DNA of 64,000 nucleotides from Candidatus Bathyarchaeia archaeon (GCA_049521795.1 JBEKOM010000001.1:128001-192000); one strand, 5' to 3'. Positions 19,531 through 30,484 are shown, counted from the stretch's first letter. Translations and numbers: made by a program. Notes: generated from the sequence alone by a model not told the origin.

Positions 19531-21702
19531 TTGAGTGAGATACAGTTACGTGTCGGAGACGCAAGACAGAGAGACGTAGGCAGGGGCATAGCCCGCATTG
19601 ACCAAAAAACGATGCAGAAGCTCGGCATATCAGCTGGCGATGTGGTAGAGATCTGCGGCAAGAGAACAACCTCAGCCATAGCCTGGCCAGCCTACAGCGA
19701 AGACCAAAACCGAGACCTGCTACGAATAGATGGGTACACACGCAAGAACACCGGAGTAGCCATCAACGAGTACGTAATCGTTCGGGCAGCCAAGGTCAAG
19801 CCTGCCCTAAGCATCGCTCTTGCGCCAGTCGACATGAGACTGAACGTTGACGAGGACTTCACGAATTTTGTGAAGAACCGCTTGATGGAAAGGACACTTG
19901 TAGAGGGGGACACGACCCTCGTGATGATGCTCGGGCATGCTATACCCTTCACAACCACGAAAACCCGTCCACATGGGATAGTGAAAGTCACGGCAGAAAC
20001 AAAACTCACGATACTCAACGAACCCGCACCTGAAGGAAAAGGACTGCCTAGGACAACTTATGAAGACGTTGGAGGACTACACGAGGAGATCCAAAGAGTG
20101 CGGGAAATGGTTGAACTTCCTTTGAGGCACCCTGAACTTTTCCAGAGACTCGGAATAGAACCTCCGAAAGGTGTTCTGCTCCACGGACCACCAGGCTGCG
20201 GCAAAACACTTTTGGCTAGAGCTGTGGCAAACGAGTCAGAAGCCAACTTTTTCTCCATAAACGGGCCCGAAATCATGAGCAAGTTCTACGGAGAGTCAGA
20301 AGCCAGGCTGAGAGAGATCTTTCAGCAGGCTCAGCAGAACGCCCCAAGCATAATCTTCATCGATGAACTAGACGCCATTGCACCTAAACGAGAGGAAGTC
20401 ACGGGAGAAGTTGAAAGACGCGTGGTCGCCCAGCTTCTAGCGCTCATGGACGGTCTGTCTGGAAGAGGAAACGTGATAGTGATAGGCGCAACAAACAGGC
20501 CTGGCGCCCTCGACCCAGCACTTCGCAGACCCGGCAGGTTTGACAGAGAGATCGAGATAGGTGTTCCCGACAAGCCGGGAAGGTACGAGATCATCCAGAT
20601 CCACACTAGAGGAATGCCGCTGGCCGAAGGCGTTGATCTTAAGAAACTGTCTGACATCACCCACGGCTACACGGGCGCCGACCTTTCAGCTCTGGGCAGA
20701 GAGACAGCGATGAAGTCACTGCGCAGATACTTGCCACAGATAAACCTTGAAGAAGAACGCATACCGCCGAGCGTGCTGGAGAAAATGGAAGTGACCATGG
20801 AAGACTTCATCAACGCGTACAAAGAGATAACACCGACAGCCATGCGCGAAGTGTACATAGAAATCCCCACAGTTCACTGGGATGACATAGGAGGACTTGG
20901 AGAAGTCAAAGAGGACCTCAAGGAAGCGGTTGAATGGCCGCTGAAGAGCCCTGAAATCTTCGTTAGGCTTGGCATAAGACCGCCTAAGGGTATTCTGCTT
21001 CTTGGACCACCAGGCTGCGGCAAAACACTTTTGGCGAAGGCTGTGGCGACTGAGAGCGAAGCCAACTTCATAACGATCAAAGGCCCCGAAGTCTTTTCCA
21101 AATGGGTTGGAGAATCGGAGAAGGCGATAAGAGAAGTCTTCAGAAAAGCCAGGATGGCTGCTCCAGCAGTGATCTTCTTCGACGAAATTGACTCTCTCCT
21201 GCCGCGCCGAGGTCTGGGTTTCAGCGACAGTGGTGTCAGCGAAAGGGTAATAAGCCAACTTCTAACCGAAATGGACGGCATGGTCACTCTGGAAAATATA
21301 GTTGTCATCGCTGCAACGAACAGGCCTGACATAGTGGACCCAGCGGTGCTCCGTCCCGGCAGATTCGACAGGCTGATATACGTGCCTGAACCCGATGAAG
21401 AGAGCAAGATCCAGATTTTCAAGATCTACACGAAGAACATGCCGCTGGCAAAAGATGTGGACGCGAAGGCTCTAGCATCCACCTCAAAGAACTATTCGGG
21501 CGCCGACATAGAAGCCCTCTGCCGTGAGGCGGCGATGATAGCTCTAAGAAGAGACATGAATACTAAGGAAGTCACGATCAGAGACTTCGAAGAGGCGAGG
21601 AAACGCATCGGACCTTCAACAACACCAGACATGGAGAAATGGTACAAAGGCTTCATGCAACAAGCCAGACAAGTGCAGAAACCTGCGACACCAGTTGCGT
21701 AG
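19531..21702 (+). CDS. cdc48: CDC48/VAT AAA+ ATPase
   Basis: N-domain plus two AAA modules (GPPGCGKT twice; RPGRFDR twice). Confidence 0.96.
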   Translation: MSEIQLRVGDARQRDVGRGIARIDQKTMQKLGISAGDVVEICGKRTTSAIAWPAYSEDQNRDLLRIDGYTRKNTGVAINEYVIVRAAKVKPALSIALAPVDMRLNVDEDFTNFVKNRLMERTLVEGDTTLVMMLGHAIPFTTTKTRPHGIVKVTAETKLTILNEPAPEGKGLPRTTYEDVGGLHEEIQRVREMVELPLRHPELFQRLGIEPPKGVLLHGPPGCGKTLLARAVANESEANFFSINGPEIMSKFYGESEARLREIFQQAQQNAPSIIFIDELDAIAPKREEVTGEVERRVVAQLLALMDGLSGRGNVIVIGATNRPGALDPALRRPGRFDREIEIGVPDKPGRYEIIQIHTRGMPLAEGVDLKKLSDITHGYTGADLSALGRETAMKSLRRYLPQINLEEERIPPSVLEKMEVTMEDFINAYKEITPTAMREVYIEIPTVHWDDIGGLGEVKEDLKEAVEWPLKSPEIFVRLGIRPPKGILLLGPPGCGKTLLAKAVATESEANFITIKGPEVFSKWVGESEKAIREVFRKARMAAPAVIFFDEIDSLLPRRGLGFSDSGVSERVISQLLTEMDGMVTLENIVVIAATNRPDIVDPAVLRPGRFDRLIYVPEPDEESKIQIFKIYTKNMPLAKDVDAKALASTSKNYSGADIEALCREAAMIALRRDMNTKEVTIRDFEEARKRIGPSTTPDMEKWYKGFMQQARQVQKPATPVA

Positions 21703-21714
21703 GCGAGTGTACAC

Positions 21715-21948
21715 ATGCCGATGCCGACTAAGACGTGGAAAACTCATCCCGCATACTTCGTCCTACTCGACCTCTTGGAGAAGAAGGGAAGCCTGACCGA
21801 CGCAGAACTCTTTGACGCGCTGATTGAAGAGTTTAAAGACTTAGGCTTCAAAGACTTCAACGAAATATTGATGCGGCTTGAAATCAGCGGAAAAGTCCGC
21901 ATGACTTCTATGGCCCGCGGGAAGAGACGAGTTGAACTGATAGCGTAA
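21715..21948 (+). CDS. Small winged-helix protein
   Basis: 77 aa; LMRLEISGKVRM wing pattern; follows cdc48. Confidence 0.7.
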   Translation: MPMPTKTWKTHPAYFVLLDLLEKKGSLTDAELFDALIEEFKDLGFKDFNEILMRLEISGKVRMTSMARGKRRVELIA

Positions 21949-21983
21949 GCTTCGAGTCCGCGCGGAAACATCTGGCTGAAACC

Positions 21984-23210
21984 TTGAAGAAGGAAGTTGC
22001 AGACGTAATAGTGGTTGGAGGCGGCCCGTCTGGCTCCTTCGCAGCCTTGAAACTTGCAAGACTAGGCATCAACGTCAGAGTGTATGAAGAACACAGCGAA
22101 ATAGGCCTTCCATCACACTGCGCCGGCCACCTCAGCATACGAGGTCTTAAACGTCTGAGGATTCACCCTCTTCCCGTCGAAATCGTTGAGAACACTTTTC
22201 GAGGTGCTGCTTTCTACTCGCCGAATGGCAAAAAATTCTTGGTCCGCTTTGCTTCGCCCGTGACCTGCGTGGTTGACCGTGCCCTCTTTGAGAAGCACCT
22301 TGCAGAAAGAGCACAGGACGCAGGAGCAGAGTACTGCTTAGACTCAAGAGTTGAAAGTCTGATGGTCAAGGATGGCATCGTGAAGGGAGTCACGATAACA
22401 CGACAAGGCAAGACCGAGAAGAGAATGGCAAAGATAGTCATAGACGCTGAAGGAATATCCTCAAGAATACTCAGGCAAACGGGTCTCCGAGGCCCCAGCC
22501 GGAGTATGCTAGTCAACGGCGTCGAAGCAGAAGCTGAAAACGTCAAAGACACACAGCTCGACACGGTTGAGGTATTCCTAGGAGCAGATTATGCTCCCGG
22601 CTTCTACGCGTGGCTGATACCGAAGAAGGATGGAAAGGCAAAGATTGGACTTGCAGCAAAGGCCAGAAACCCAAAAGAGCTCCTGCAAAAGCTTTTGGCC
22701 AAACATCCAGTGGCCTCAAAGAAACTGCTCAAGGCAAAAATCGACAAGATAATTGCTCACCCGATAACGCTGGGAGGCCCGATACCAAAAGCCTACTCAA
22801 ACGGCTTCTTAGCGGTTGGAGACGCAGCCTCACAGGTGAAATCCACCACGGGGGGAGGCGTCATCTTCGGGATGACGTGCGCGGCAGTCGCTGCTGAAGT
22901 TGCACATGAGGCTATTCGCCAAGACGCTTTTTCCTCAAAATCCCTGAGCGCTTACGGACGCCGATGCGATGAAGCCCTAGGGTTCGACGCGAAGATGATG
23001 ATAAGAATGAGGAAAATGCTCGACGCTATGTCTGACAGAAGACTTGACGGGCTAATCGGATTGTGCACAAAACTCGCTTTGGACAAGACTCTTCAGAAAG
23101 TGGAGGACATCGACCTTCAGGGAAGAACGCTTTTGCATATCTTGCGGAGTCCTCGCGCACTGGCCGCTCTCAGCTATTTCTTCTTGGCGGGCTTTTTTGC
23201 GAACCTTTAA
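21984..23210 (+). CDS. Geranylgeranyl reductase family FAD oxidoreductase
   Basis: VVGGGPSGS, APGFYAWLIP, VGDAASQVKSTTGGGV. Confidence 0.88.
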   Translation: MKKEVADVIVVGGGPSGSFAALKLARLGINVRVYEEHSEIGLPSHCAGHLSIRGLKRLRIHPLPVEIVENTFRGAAFYSPNGKKFLVRFASPVTCVVDRALFEKHLAERAQDAGAEYCLDSRVESLMVKDGIVKGVTITRQGKTEKRMAKIVIDAEGISSRILRQTGLRGPSRSMLVNGVEAEAENVKDTQLDTVEVFLGADYAPGFYAWLIPKKDGKAKIGLAAKARNPKELLQKLLAKHPVASKKLLKAKIDKIIAHPITLGGPIPKAYSNGFLAVGDAASQVKSTTGGGVIFGMTCAAVAAEVAHEAIRQDAFSSKSLSAYGRRCDEALGFDAKMMIRMRKMLDAMSDRRLDGLIGLCTKLALDKTLQKVEDIDLQGRTLLHILRSPRALAALSYFFLAGFFANL

Positions 23211-23252
23211 AATCTTTGAAGCGCAGACTGATAGGGAAAGGTAAAGGGAAGC

Positions 23253-23615
23253 ATGTCTGAATTTCGCTACAAACAGGTTATTGTCTTCCGGTCCGACCTG
23301 AAGCTGAGCAGGGGCAAGACGGCGGCTCAGGCTGGACACGCCGCGGTTTCGGCAGCGGAACAGGCACGTAAACATCGCAGCAAATGGTTTGAAGGCTGGC
23401 TGGAAGAAGGACAATGCAAGATCGCGGTTAAGGTAAAGAATGAGAAAGAAATGGCTAAACTGGAAATGCAGGCCAAAGAATCTGATTTGCCATGCGCGTT
23501 GATAGTTGACAGGGGACTCACAGAGATTCCGGCTGGAACCGTCACATGTCTAGGAATTGGTCCTGCACCTGTAGAAAAGATAAATAGAATAACGGGCGCA
23601 CTCCGGCTTCTTTGA
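23253..23615 (+). CDS. pth2: Peptidyl-tRNA hydrolase 2
   Basis: KQVIVFRSDL, GKTAAQAGHA, DRGLTEI..GTVTCLGIGP. Confidence 0.95.
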   Translation: MSEFRYKQVIVFRSDLKLSRGKTAAQAGHAAVSAAEQARKHRSKWFEGWLEEGQCKIAVKVKNEKEMAKLEMQAKESDLPCALIVDRGLTEIPAGTVTCLGIGPAPVEKINRITGALRLL

Positions 23616-23628
23616 GCAGGCGGAAACA

Positions 23629-25014
23629 TTGCTTGTTCCAAGCTTGGAGAGATCGATTGGAATAGAAGTTTATGCAACACGCTCTCCGGGAATCGGCGGA
23701 ACAATCAGACAGAGCGCGGAAGACTTCGTGGTTGAGGAAGTCCTAGTTGATGGATCTAAGGCAGAAGTGAACCGGTCTGATGGAAACACTGGGCAAACAG
23801 TGCTCGGATCCTCTTCCGTCAAAAATCGTTATCTATTATGTGTCTTGTTTAAGCGAAACTGGGACACGTTCATAGCCCTTCGAAACGTGGCCCAACAATT
23901 AGGCATAAACACAACGAAGATTCAAATCGCCGGCATAAAAGACGCGAAAGCCTTGACTGCCCAGCATGTCACGGTCGAAGATGCCGCGATTGAAGATGTT
24001 CAGAAGCTCCACCTCAAGGACATAGAGGTACGCCCCATAGGCTATTTGCGAACTGAACTTTCCTCTTACTATCTATTCGGAAACAGTTTCCAAGTAAGGA
24101 TCAAGAATGTGAAGCATCCCAAAACCGTTATCGAGACAAGAACTGCGAAGACCATGGAAGAGCTTCACAGGCTAGGAGGAATTCCAAACTTCTTTGGCCA
24201 TCAGCGCTTCGGAACAACCCGCTCCATAACTCATCTAGTAGGAAAAAGCTTTGTCAAAGGAAATCTGAAGAGGGCAGCAATGTTGTTCTTGGCGAAATCG
24301 ACCCCTTATGAACATCCCGAGTCAAGACAAGCACGTCAAGAGTTACAAGCAACGCAAGACTTCAAACAAGCACTAGAGACTTATCCAAAACAGCTACGGT
24401 ACGAACGCATGATGCTGAGAAGCCTAGCTGAAAAACCCCGCGATTTTGCTGGCGCGTTCAAGCGGCTGCCGACTAAACTTCTGGAACTCTTCACTCAGGC
24501 GTACCAGTCTTATCTCTTCAACAGGTTCCTCAGCAACAGAATCAAGGATGACCTTCCGCTGAACACGGTCGAGGTTGGGGACTACGTCGTAAACGTTGAA
24601 AAGTCTGGAGTGCCATTGACGAAAATGTATAGAACAGCAAACTCTGAGACTCTTGCAGAAATAAACCGTGCAGTTCGAAACGGGAAAGCTCGACTGGCCA
24701 TTCCACTCACAGGCTTCAGACAACATACGTCGCAGGGAGTTCAGGGGGAAATCGAGAGCAGAATACTCGAAGAAGAAGGCGTTTCTCCGAATGACTTCAA
24801 GGTTTCAACCATGCACGAGATGGGCTCAAGAGGACAACTACGAGCCATTACGGCTCCTCTGCTAGATTTCATGTTAAACGACGTGTCCGACGACGCTGGC
24901 GACCCTCAAAACCGCACGTTAAAAGTGGATTTCACACTGTGCCGTGGTTCTTATGCAACGATAGTTCTGAGAGAGTTTATGAAGCCACGCGACGTGATCA
25001 AAGCGGGGTTCTAG
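23629..25014 (+). CDS. truD: tRNA pseudouridine-13 synthase
   Basis: EDFVVEE, AGIKDAKALT, PNFFGHQRFG, GSYAT. Confidence 0.93.
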   Translation: MLVPSLERSIGIEVYATRSPGIGGTIRQSAEDFVVEEVLVDGSKAEVNRSDGNTGQTVLGSSSVKNRYLLCVLFKRNWDTFIALRNVAQQLGINTTKIQIAGIKDAKALTAQHVTVEDAAIEDVQKLHLKDIEVRPIGYLRTELSSYYLFGNSFQVRIKNVKHPKTVIETRTAKTMEELHRLGGIPNFFGHQRFGTTRSITHLVGKSFVKGNLKRAAMLFLAKSTPYEHPESRQARQELQATQDFKQALETYPKQLRYERMMLRSLAEKPRDFAGAFKRLPTKLLELFTQAYQSYLFNRFLSNRIKDDLPLNTVEVGDYVVNVEKSGVPLTKMYRTANSETLAEINRAVRNGKARLAIPLTGFRQHTSQGVQGEIESRILEEEGVSPNDFKVSTMHEMGSRGQLRAITAPLLDFMLNDVSDDAGDPQNRTLKVDFTLCRGSYATIVLREFMKPRDVIKAGF

Positions 25015-25029
25015 GTCTGACCCAACTTG

Positions 25030-25563
25030 TTAACAAATCGTCCTCAACAAGTCTGACCGCGTTATTATGCCCACTGCTTCTCCACCTTTTTTAACCAGCA
25101 CGCCTGGACTTTTCTCCAGCATCGCGCGAACAGCTTCTATGCTCGTGTCTTCTCGTACCTCAGGCATAGGCGGGTCCATAATCTTGCTGACTTTCGCGCT
25201 TGCTAAGCTCGACCTCAAGTTCCGCACTATGCCCTGCTCTGTTATGGTTCCAACAACTCTGACTCCATCCAGCACGGGAAGTTGTGAAACAGCGTTTCTA
25301 ACCATGATTTCACTAGTCTTCAGAATGGCTTCGTTACTTTTGGCGAAGATCACGCCCTTTGTCATGACGTCTCTACATTTTCTTTCCTGTCCCGGCTTGA
25401 GAGCGACCAAGATCCGATTGACCGTTGAGAGCCGGGGATCAACCTTGCCCTGTTCTATTTTCGCTATGTGTGCTTGGGAAACGCCGACGAGTGCCGCAAG
25501 GGCTTTCTGAGTGAGACCTGCTTTAAGCCTTAACTCTCTTATGTAGCTGCCCGTTACTAACAT
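25030..25563 (-). CDS. XRE-HTH plus CBS-pair regulator
   Basis: GLTQKALA..VSQAHIAKIEQGKVDPRLST followed by two CBS domains. Confidence 0.88.
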   Translation of the reverse strand: MLVTGSYIRELRLKAGLTQKALAALVGVSQAHIAKIEQGKVDPRLSTVNRILVALKPGQERKCRDVMTKGVIFAKSNEAILKTSEIMVRNAVSQLPVLDGVRVVGTITEQGIVRNLRSSLASAKVSKIMDPPMPEVREDTSIEAVRAMLEKSPGVLVKKGGEAVGIITRSDLLRTIC

Positions 25564-25564
25564 G

Positions 25565-25583
25565 AAATAACCACCAGTTATTT
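25565..25583. promoter_or_regulatory. Inverted repeat AAATAAC-N5-GTTATTT, candidate operator
   Basis: Immediately upstream of the HTH-CBS start, in the divergent promoter region shared with mat. Confidence 0.45.
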
Positions 25584-25659
25584 TCATCTTATAAGCATAC
25601 AGTAAAATATATATTTATCGCAAATATACATCGTAAACTTCGCAGAAAGGAGACTCCCA

Positions 25660-26868
25660 ATGCGAAATATAATCGTAGAAGACTTGAAACAGACACCCCT
25701 TGAGAAACAACGCCTAGAGATAGTTGAAAGGAAAGGCGTCGGGCACCCGGACTACATCTGCGACGCAGTGGCCGACCGCATATCGATCAGCCTCTGCAAA
25801 GTGTACATGGAAAAAGCGGGGACTATACTTCACCATAATGTTGACAAGTCACTGCTAGTCGCTGGAGAAACTGAGCCAAGGTTCAACGGCGGCATCATCA
25901 GGCAGCCGATACTCTTCGTGTTGGGTGACAGAGCAACGTCCAAAATCGACGGCCAAACGATAGACGTCGGCGAAATAGCCGTAAAAGCCGCCAAGAACTG
26001 GTTCAAGGAGAACATGCGCTTCGTCGACCCTGAAGAGCACGTGAAGTACCAGGTGGAACTGAAGCCCGGCTCAGTCGGACTGACTGATATTTTCAAACGA
26101 AAAGGCAAAGTGCTCGGCGCAAACGACACTTCGGCCGCTGTGGGCTACGCGCCTATGACGAGAACAGAGAAGATAGTTCTGGGAACTGAAAGATACGTGA
26201 ACTCAGCGCCGTTCAAGAAGCGCTTTCCCGAGTCAGGCGAAGACGTGAAAGTCATGGCCTTCAGAAACCGCAACGACCTCAACCTCACTGTTGCAATGGC
26301 GTTCGTCGACCGTTACATAGACGGCGAGGAAGACTACTTCGAAAAGAAGGAAAGAATCGCTGAGGAAATCAACAAGTACGTAGCAGTTAACGCGGACTTC
26401 GACTCGGTAGACGTGCAGCTGGACACGTTGGACGTGAAACAAAGAGGCGTAGGAGGGTTGTACCTCACGGTGTTAGGCACAAGCGCAGAAAGCGGCGACT
26501 CAGGACAGGTAGGCAGAGGAAACCGTGTCAACGGCCTGATATCGCTCAACAGACCGTTCTGCTCAGAGGCCGCAGCGGGAAAAAACCCGGTGAGCCACGT
26601 AGGAAAAATCTACAACTTCTTGACTTTCAGAACAGCCGAGCACGTGTACGAAGAGGTTGAAGAACTGGAGGAAGTCTACATCTGGCTGCTAAGCAAGATA
26701 GGAAGCCCTATAGACCACCCAGCGATCGCGGCTGCGCAAGTCATAATGAAGGGAAACAACAACATAGACAAGGTCAAAAACAAAATAAACGAAGTTCTAG
26801 ACGAAGAACTTGAAAACATACAGAAATTCTGCATGGAATTAGCCCAAGGAAAAATATTGCCTTGCTAA
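25660..26868 (+). CDS. mat: S-adenosylmethionine synthetase, archaeal type
   Basis: EIVERKGVGHPDYICD, ANDTS, GEDVKVM, GRGNRVNG, AGKNPVSHVGK. Confidence 0.95.
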   Translation: MRNIIVEDLKQTPLEKQRLEIVERKGVGHPDYICDAVADRISISLCKVYMEKAGTILHHNVDKSLLVAGETEPRFNGGIIRQPILFVLGDRATSKIDGQTIDVGEIAVKAAKNWFKENMRFVDPEEHVKYQVELKPGSVGLTDIFKRKGKVLGANDTSAAVGYAPMTRTEKIVLGTERYVNSAPFKKRFPESGEDVKVMAFRNRNDLNLTVAMAFVDRYIDGEEDYFEKKERIAEEINKYVAVNADFDSVDVQLDTLDVKQRGVGGLYLTVLGTSAESGDSGQVGRGNRVNGLISLNRPFCSEAAAGKNPVSHVGKIYNFLTFRTAEHVYEEVEELEEVYIWLLSKIGSPIDHPAIAAAQVIMKGNNNIDKVKNKINEVLDEELENIQKFCMELAQGKILPC

Positions 26869-26991
26869 CATGATAATGTCACAAGCTCAGACCCAAGTTT
26901 GAAACTGAATTTCTCAAACAACATCGCTAGCGCGCAGTTGAAACGTTTAAATGCCAAAAGCAAAACCTTATCATGGATGGGTTGAAATATC

Positions 26992-27255
26992 ATGACTGAA
27001 GGTGCAGAGGAAAAACTTCCCATATCTGATTTCTACAAAGTCGTTGATCACGTCAATCTTTTCAAGAGTCAGAAATGGTGGGAGGCAGTTGTCATCTTCG
27101 AATCGTATGGAAAACGGTCAATCGGCCTGTACTTGTGGCAAAAAAAAGAGGACACATGGAAGAGAAAACACAAGTTCAACGTCAGAAACCTGGACGAATG
27201 GAACAAACTGAAAACAGCCATAGAGCAGCTTGCGCCCAAACTCGTCTCAAAATAA
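26992..27255 (+). CDS. Small Trp-rich hypothetical protein
   Basis: 87 aa; beta-strand pattern plus C-terminal helix; own TATA box (TTTAAA). Confidence 0.7.
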   Translation: MTEGAEEKLPISDFYKVVDHVNLFKSQKWWEAVVIFESYGKRSIGLYLWQKKEDTWKRKHKFNVRNLDEWNKLKTAIEQLAPKLVSK

Positions 27256-27357
27256 CCCTTTTACTCCTGCGTATTCTGAATTCTTATTCCGCATCAGAAT
27301 CTCAAATCGAATAGTCTTATTAGTGCATGGACCGGAACAAGAGCCAAGGCGAACAGT

Positions 27358-27786
27358 ATGGAGGCTAACGATCAAGCTCCCCAACAAGAATTGAAGAATG
27401 ATGAGGAGCCATGGTTAGAAGACTCTGGACAACAATGGGAGGAAGAACAAGCGGAACCGAAGTCTGAAGATGAAACCATGGTAACGGTGAAAGAGGAGAA
27501 AGACCCACCTTGCGAAAGCGGCAAGCTCAACGTTAAGCAAAACAAGAGAGGCGAGACAAACGTTTTTGTCAACGGACTCTCAGTGGGATTAGGAATTGGA
27601 TGCATCGTCACCTTCGTCATAATGTGGCTTGCAGTGTTCTTCTCTCCACAGTTGCCGTCAGGAGCGACGTATCAAACCATGCTCTCAATATTCATTTATC
27701 CAATGGTCTATTTGTTGGCAGTAGGCCTAATTGCTCTAACAGCGGGCATCGTAAGAGAATATTATGTCCCTAGAGTCAACGGATAG
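27358..27786 (+). CDS. Two-TM membrane protein with acidic N-terminus
   Basis: Two hydrophobic helices at the C-terminus. Confidence 0.7.
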   Translation: MEANDQAPQQELKNDEEPWLEDSGQQWEEEQAEPKSEDETMVTVKEEKDPPCESGKLNVKQNKRGETNVFVNGLSVGLGIGCIVTFVIMWLAVFFSPQLPSGATYQTMLSIFIYPMVYLLAVGLIALTAGIVREYYVPRVNG

Positions 27787-27861
27787 ACACCAAGATCTGC
27801 CTTTGCCTATCTTGGCGTTCAATAGACTATCAGAGCAATCTGCAATTCACATAACATAAGG

Positions 27862-28623
27862 TTAGAAGGTGTATTTGTCGCCTTGGGAGAGGATGCGTTC
27901 TAGGGCTGTGTTGAAATTTGTTATTCCGTCATTCGTGCTGGCTGAAACAGGAATCAAAGGAAACCTTAGTCCGAGCTTGTAAATCGCTTGCATCACGCTT
28001 CTACTCAGTAAGCGTCTTGTCCCTTCAAGTTTCTGTTCAATAGCGTTGGATAGAGCATCCTGGCTGGTCGACCAGTCGACGATTTTGTTGACCTCCTCTT
28101 TCGGAAGCAGGTCGCATTTCGAAAGCAGATACAGTTGAGGTAACATAAACCTGTTGTAGACTGCTGACGAGAGAAAGAGATTTGAAACGTAGTTAAGCGG
28201 GTTGACCGAGAAAACGGCGTCGAACAGGTAGACTATTGCTCTGGGCCCCTTTGTAAGTTCGTTAGCGATGTAGGGTCCACTCGCTCGGAAAGCGAACAGC
28301 TCCATCTGTCCCGAAGTGTCGACCAGAACGATATCGGAGTGTAACTCTTCAATCTCCTTCGAAATCTCTTCAACCTGGTCTGCAATCAGGTCAGCGGCCA
28401 TTATCAGAGCGCCGTTTGGGCCCAGTTGATAATCCTCCATCAATTTTCCAACATCAATGTAGTCGCGAACATCGATTTCCGGCGAATATGGAAGTACAGA
28501 CACGCCTGGGTCCAAGTTGACGATTGAAACGTCCTGTTTAGACATCTTCAGCCAATCGCCAAATGCGGCTGTGAGTCTAGTCTTTCCAGACCCAGCAGTT
28601 CCTATTATGAAAACCATAGACAT
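27862..28623 (-). CDS. GPN-loop GTPase
   Basis: GTAGSGKT, NLDPG, LGPNGAL, DTSGQME. Confidence 0.92.
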   Translation of the reverse strand: MSMVFIIGTAGSGKTRLTAAFGDWLKMSKQDVSIVNLDPGVSVLPYSPEIDVRDYIDVGKLMEDYQLGPNGALIMAADLIADQVEEISKEIEELHSDIVLVDTSGQMELFAFRASGPYIANELTKGPRAIVYLFDAVFSVNPLNYVSNLFLSSAVYNRFMLPQLYLLSKCDLLPKEEVNKIVDWSTSQDALSNAIEQKLEGTRRLLSRSVMQAIYKLGLRFPLIPVSASTNDGITNFNTALERILSQGDKYTF

Positions 28624-28755
28624 GTTTCGCTGGTCTCCATCCACGTTTTGATTGCGTGCTTAAGCTGCCAAACCTGGGTCTTCAAGTATAAGCCTTTTCC
28701 GTTCAAAAACAACATCTCTTAGCAAAGATTTCTTGCTTCACTATCCTCTTGCTGA

Positions 28756-29548
28756 TCAGATCTTCACAAGTTCTTTTTCTCTGCAACTGAATCTGCACGC
28801 CTCGGCATAGCCGACCTTCTTAGCAAGTCTCACGGCTTCTTCAAGATTTTTCCAAGTCGTTCGGCTTATGGGCGTCTGAACCAAAGACTATGGGAACATC
28901 GTGATCGTGAAGTATTTTCAAGAATTGTTCACTCGGATAGATCTCTCGACAAGGTCTGTTCAACCCGCTTGCGTTGATCTCCGCACACATGTTGGACCTT
29001 GCAATCGTCTCTGCCGTGTTCTCGTAGATCTGGGTCAGATCTTCCTCCGGCCTGATGCCAAAGATCTTGATCAGGTCAGGATGGCCTAGAACATCGAACA
29101 GCCTGCTTGCGCACATTGCACTGACAAGTCTGAAATACTCCTCGTAGACTTGGAAAGGACCTCTTCTTGAGTACTCATCCTTCGTTAAAGGATCGTCAAC
29201 TAGCCAATCACCGATCACGTGAACAGACCCTATCACGTAGTCAAAAGGATACTTGCGAAGAAACGCTCCCGTTTTCCCAATTGAGTCGGGAAAAAAGTCC
29301 ACCTCGGCGCCCAGTTTGACCGGCATTTCCACTTTCTTTTTGAAAGCCAAGAAGTTTCTAACGTAAGCAGGCATTGCATTGACGAGGAAATCTGGATAGC
29401 CATCGAGATGCCGCAGAAAAATGTGATCTGAGAAACCTACTTCTTCAACCTTTTTCTGTTCAGCCCTTCTCACGTACTCTTTCATGCTTCCCTCAGCGTC
29501 TGGCGAAGCCTTAGTGTGAACATGATAATCCGCGACCGTTGTACCCAC
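28756..29548 (-). CDS. PHP-family histidinol-phosphatase (HisJ-like), frameshift near 28847-28851
   Basis: DYHVHT, FSDH, IGSVH, GHPD, FGSDAH. C-terminus NLEEAVRLAKKVGY...ELVKI continues in another frame to 28756. Confidence 0.8.
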
Positions 29549-29555
29549 CTCTTCT

Positions 29556-30389
29556 CTACTTCGCCTTGCTGACTCTTCCGCCGTTCTCCACTACCAGTTC
29601 TGACAGCTGAGTTATCGCCTGGGCCAACCGGGACTTAGCGGTATCTGAGTCCTCTGCCGTTGTGGAGAAGTGAAGCTCTATATGGGATCTTCTTCCTTCA
29701 ACCTGTGGATGCGACTTCGTGAAAACGTGCGATTTTATATAAACATCAGGATTACCGTGCATAGCCTTGTCAATCAGTGGCGCCAGGCTCGACTCCATTA
29801 CGCCGTTGACGTAGATGCTTGCTTCAAAAAAGGCATTTTTCCCCGCGTCCCTCTTGAGCATGGGTACTACTGACTCCTCAAAAATGGCCTCCATTTCAGG
29901 GGGAACGCCGGGCAAGGCTATCAAGAACGTCCCATCAACACTCGCAACCATTCCTGGGGCGGTGCCAACAGAATTGTGCAGCGGTTTTGTATTCTCTGGA
30001 AACGTTGCCATTTTGACTCTTGCAGGGGTCAACTCAACCTTCTCTATTCTTCCTTCATTCAGAAGGGCCTCATATTTTCCTCTGACCAACTTCAGGGCTT
30101 CATCATTGACTTCAAGCTTCCGCCTGAAACCTTTGGCAATTCCTTTGAGCGTCTTGTCGTCAAAAGTCGGGCCGAGTCCACCCGTTGTTATTATGAAACG
30201 TGGCTTGCGTCTAAGAGACTCGCGCATCGCGCTGGCAATTTCATCAACGTCGTCGCCTACGACTGTTATTCTGTGGACAGTTACTCCCAGAGTGGTGGCA
30301 CGCTTGGCTAGCCATTGAGCGTTCGTGTTCAAGGTTTTGCCGATCAACAACTCGTTGCCAACGCAGACTATTTCCATCTGGACGCTCAT
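29556..30389 (-). CDS. CinA N-terminal / molybdopterin-binding domain protein
   Basis: VGNELLIGKTLNTNAQWL, TGGLGPTFDD, GTAPG, LPGVP. Confidence 0.88.
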   Translation of the reverse strand: MSVQMEIVCVGNELLIGKTLNTNAQWLAKRATTLGVTVHRITVVGDDVDEIASAMRESLRRKPRFIITTGGLGPTFDDKTLKGIAKGFRRKLEVNDEALKLVRGKYEALLNEGRIEKVELTPARVKMATFPENTKPLHNSVGTAPGMVASVDGTFLIALPGVPPEMEAIFEESVVPMLKRDAGKNAFFEASIYVNGVMESSLAPLIDKAMHGNPDVYIKSHVFTKSHPQVEGRRSHIELHFSTTAEDSDTAKSRLAQAITQLSELVVENGGRVSKAK

Positions 30390-30484
30390 TCAAGACTTCT
30401 CCGCTGCTTGAGCGATTTATTGAAAAGCCGTTCATTCTTTTATGCTGTTTGCTGACTTTCTTCATGAAAAGCTGAGGGCCCGTT

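Noticed and set aside
29710-29745. Extra VFTKSH in the CinA-like protein as an in-frame intron
   Set aside because: Looks like a diverged 18-nt tandem duplication of VYIKSH; no BHB motif seen.
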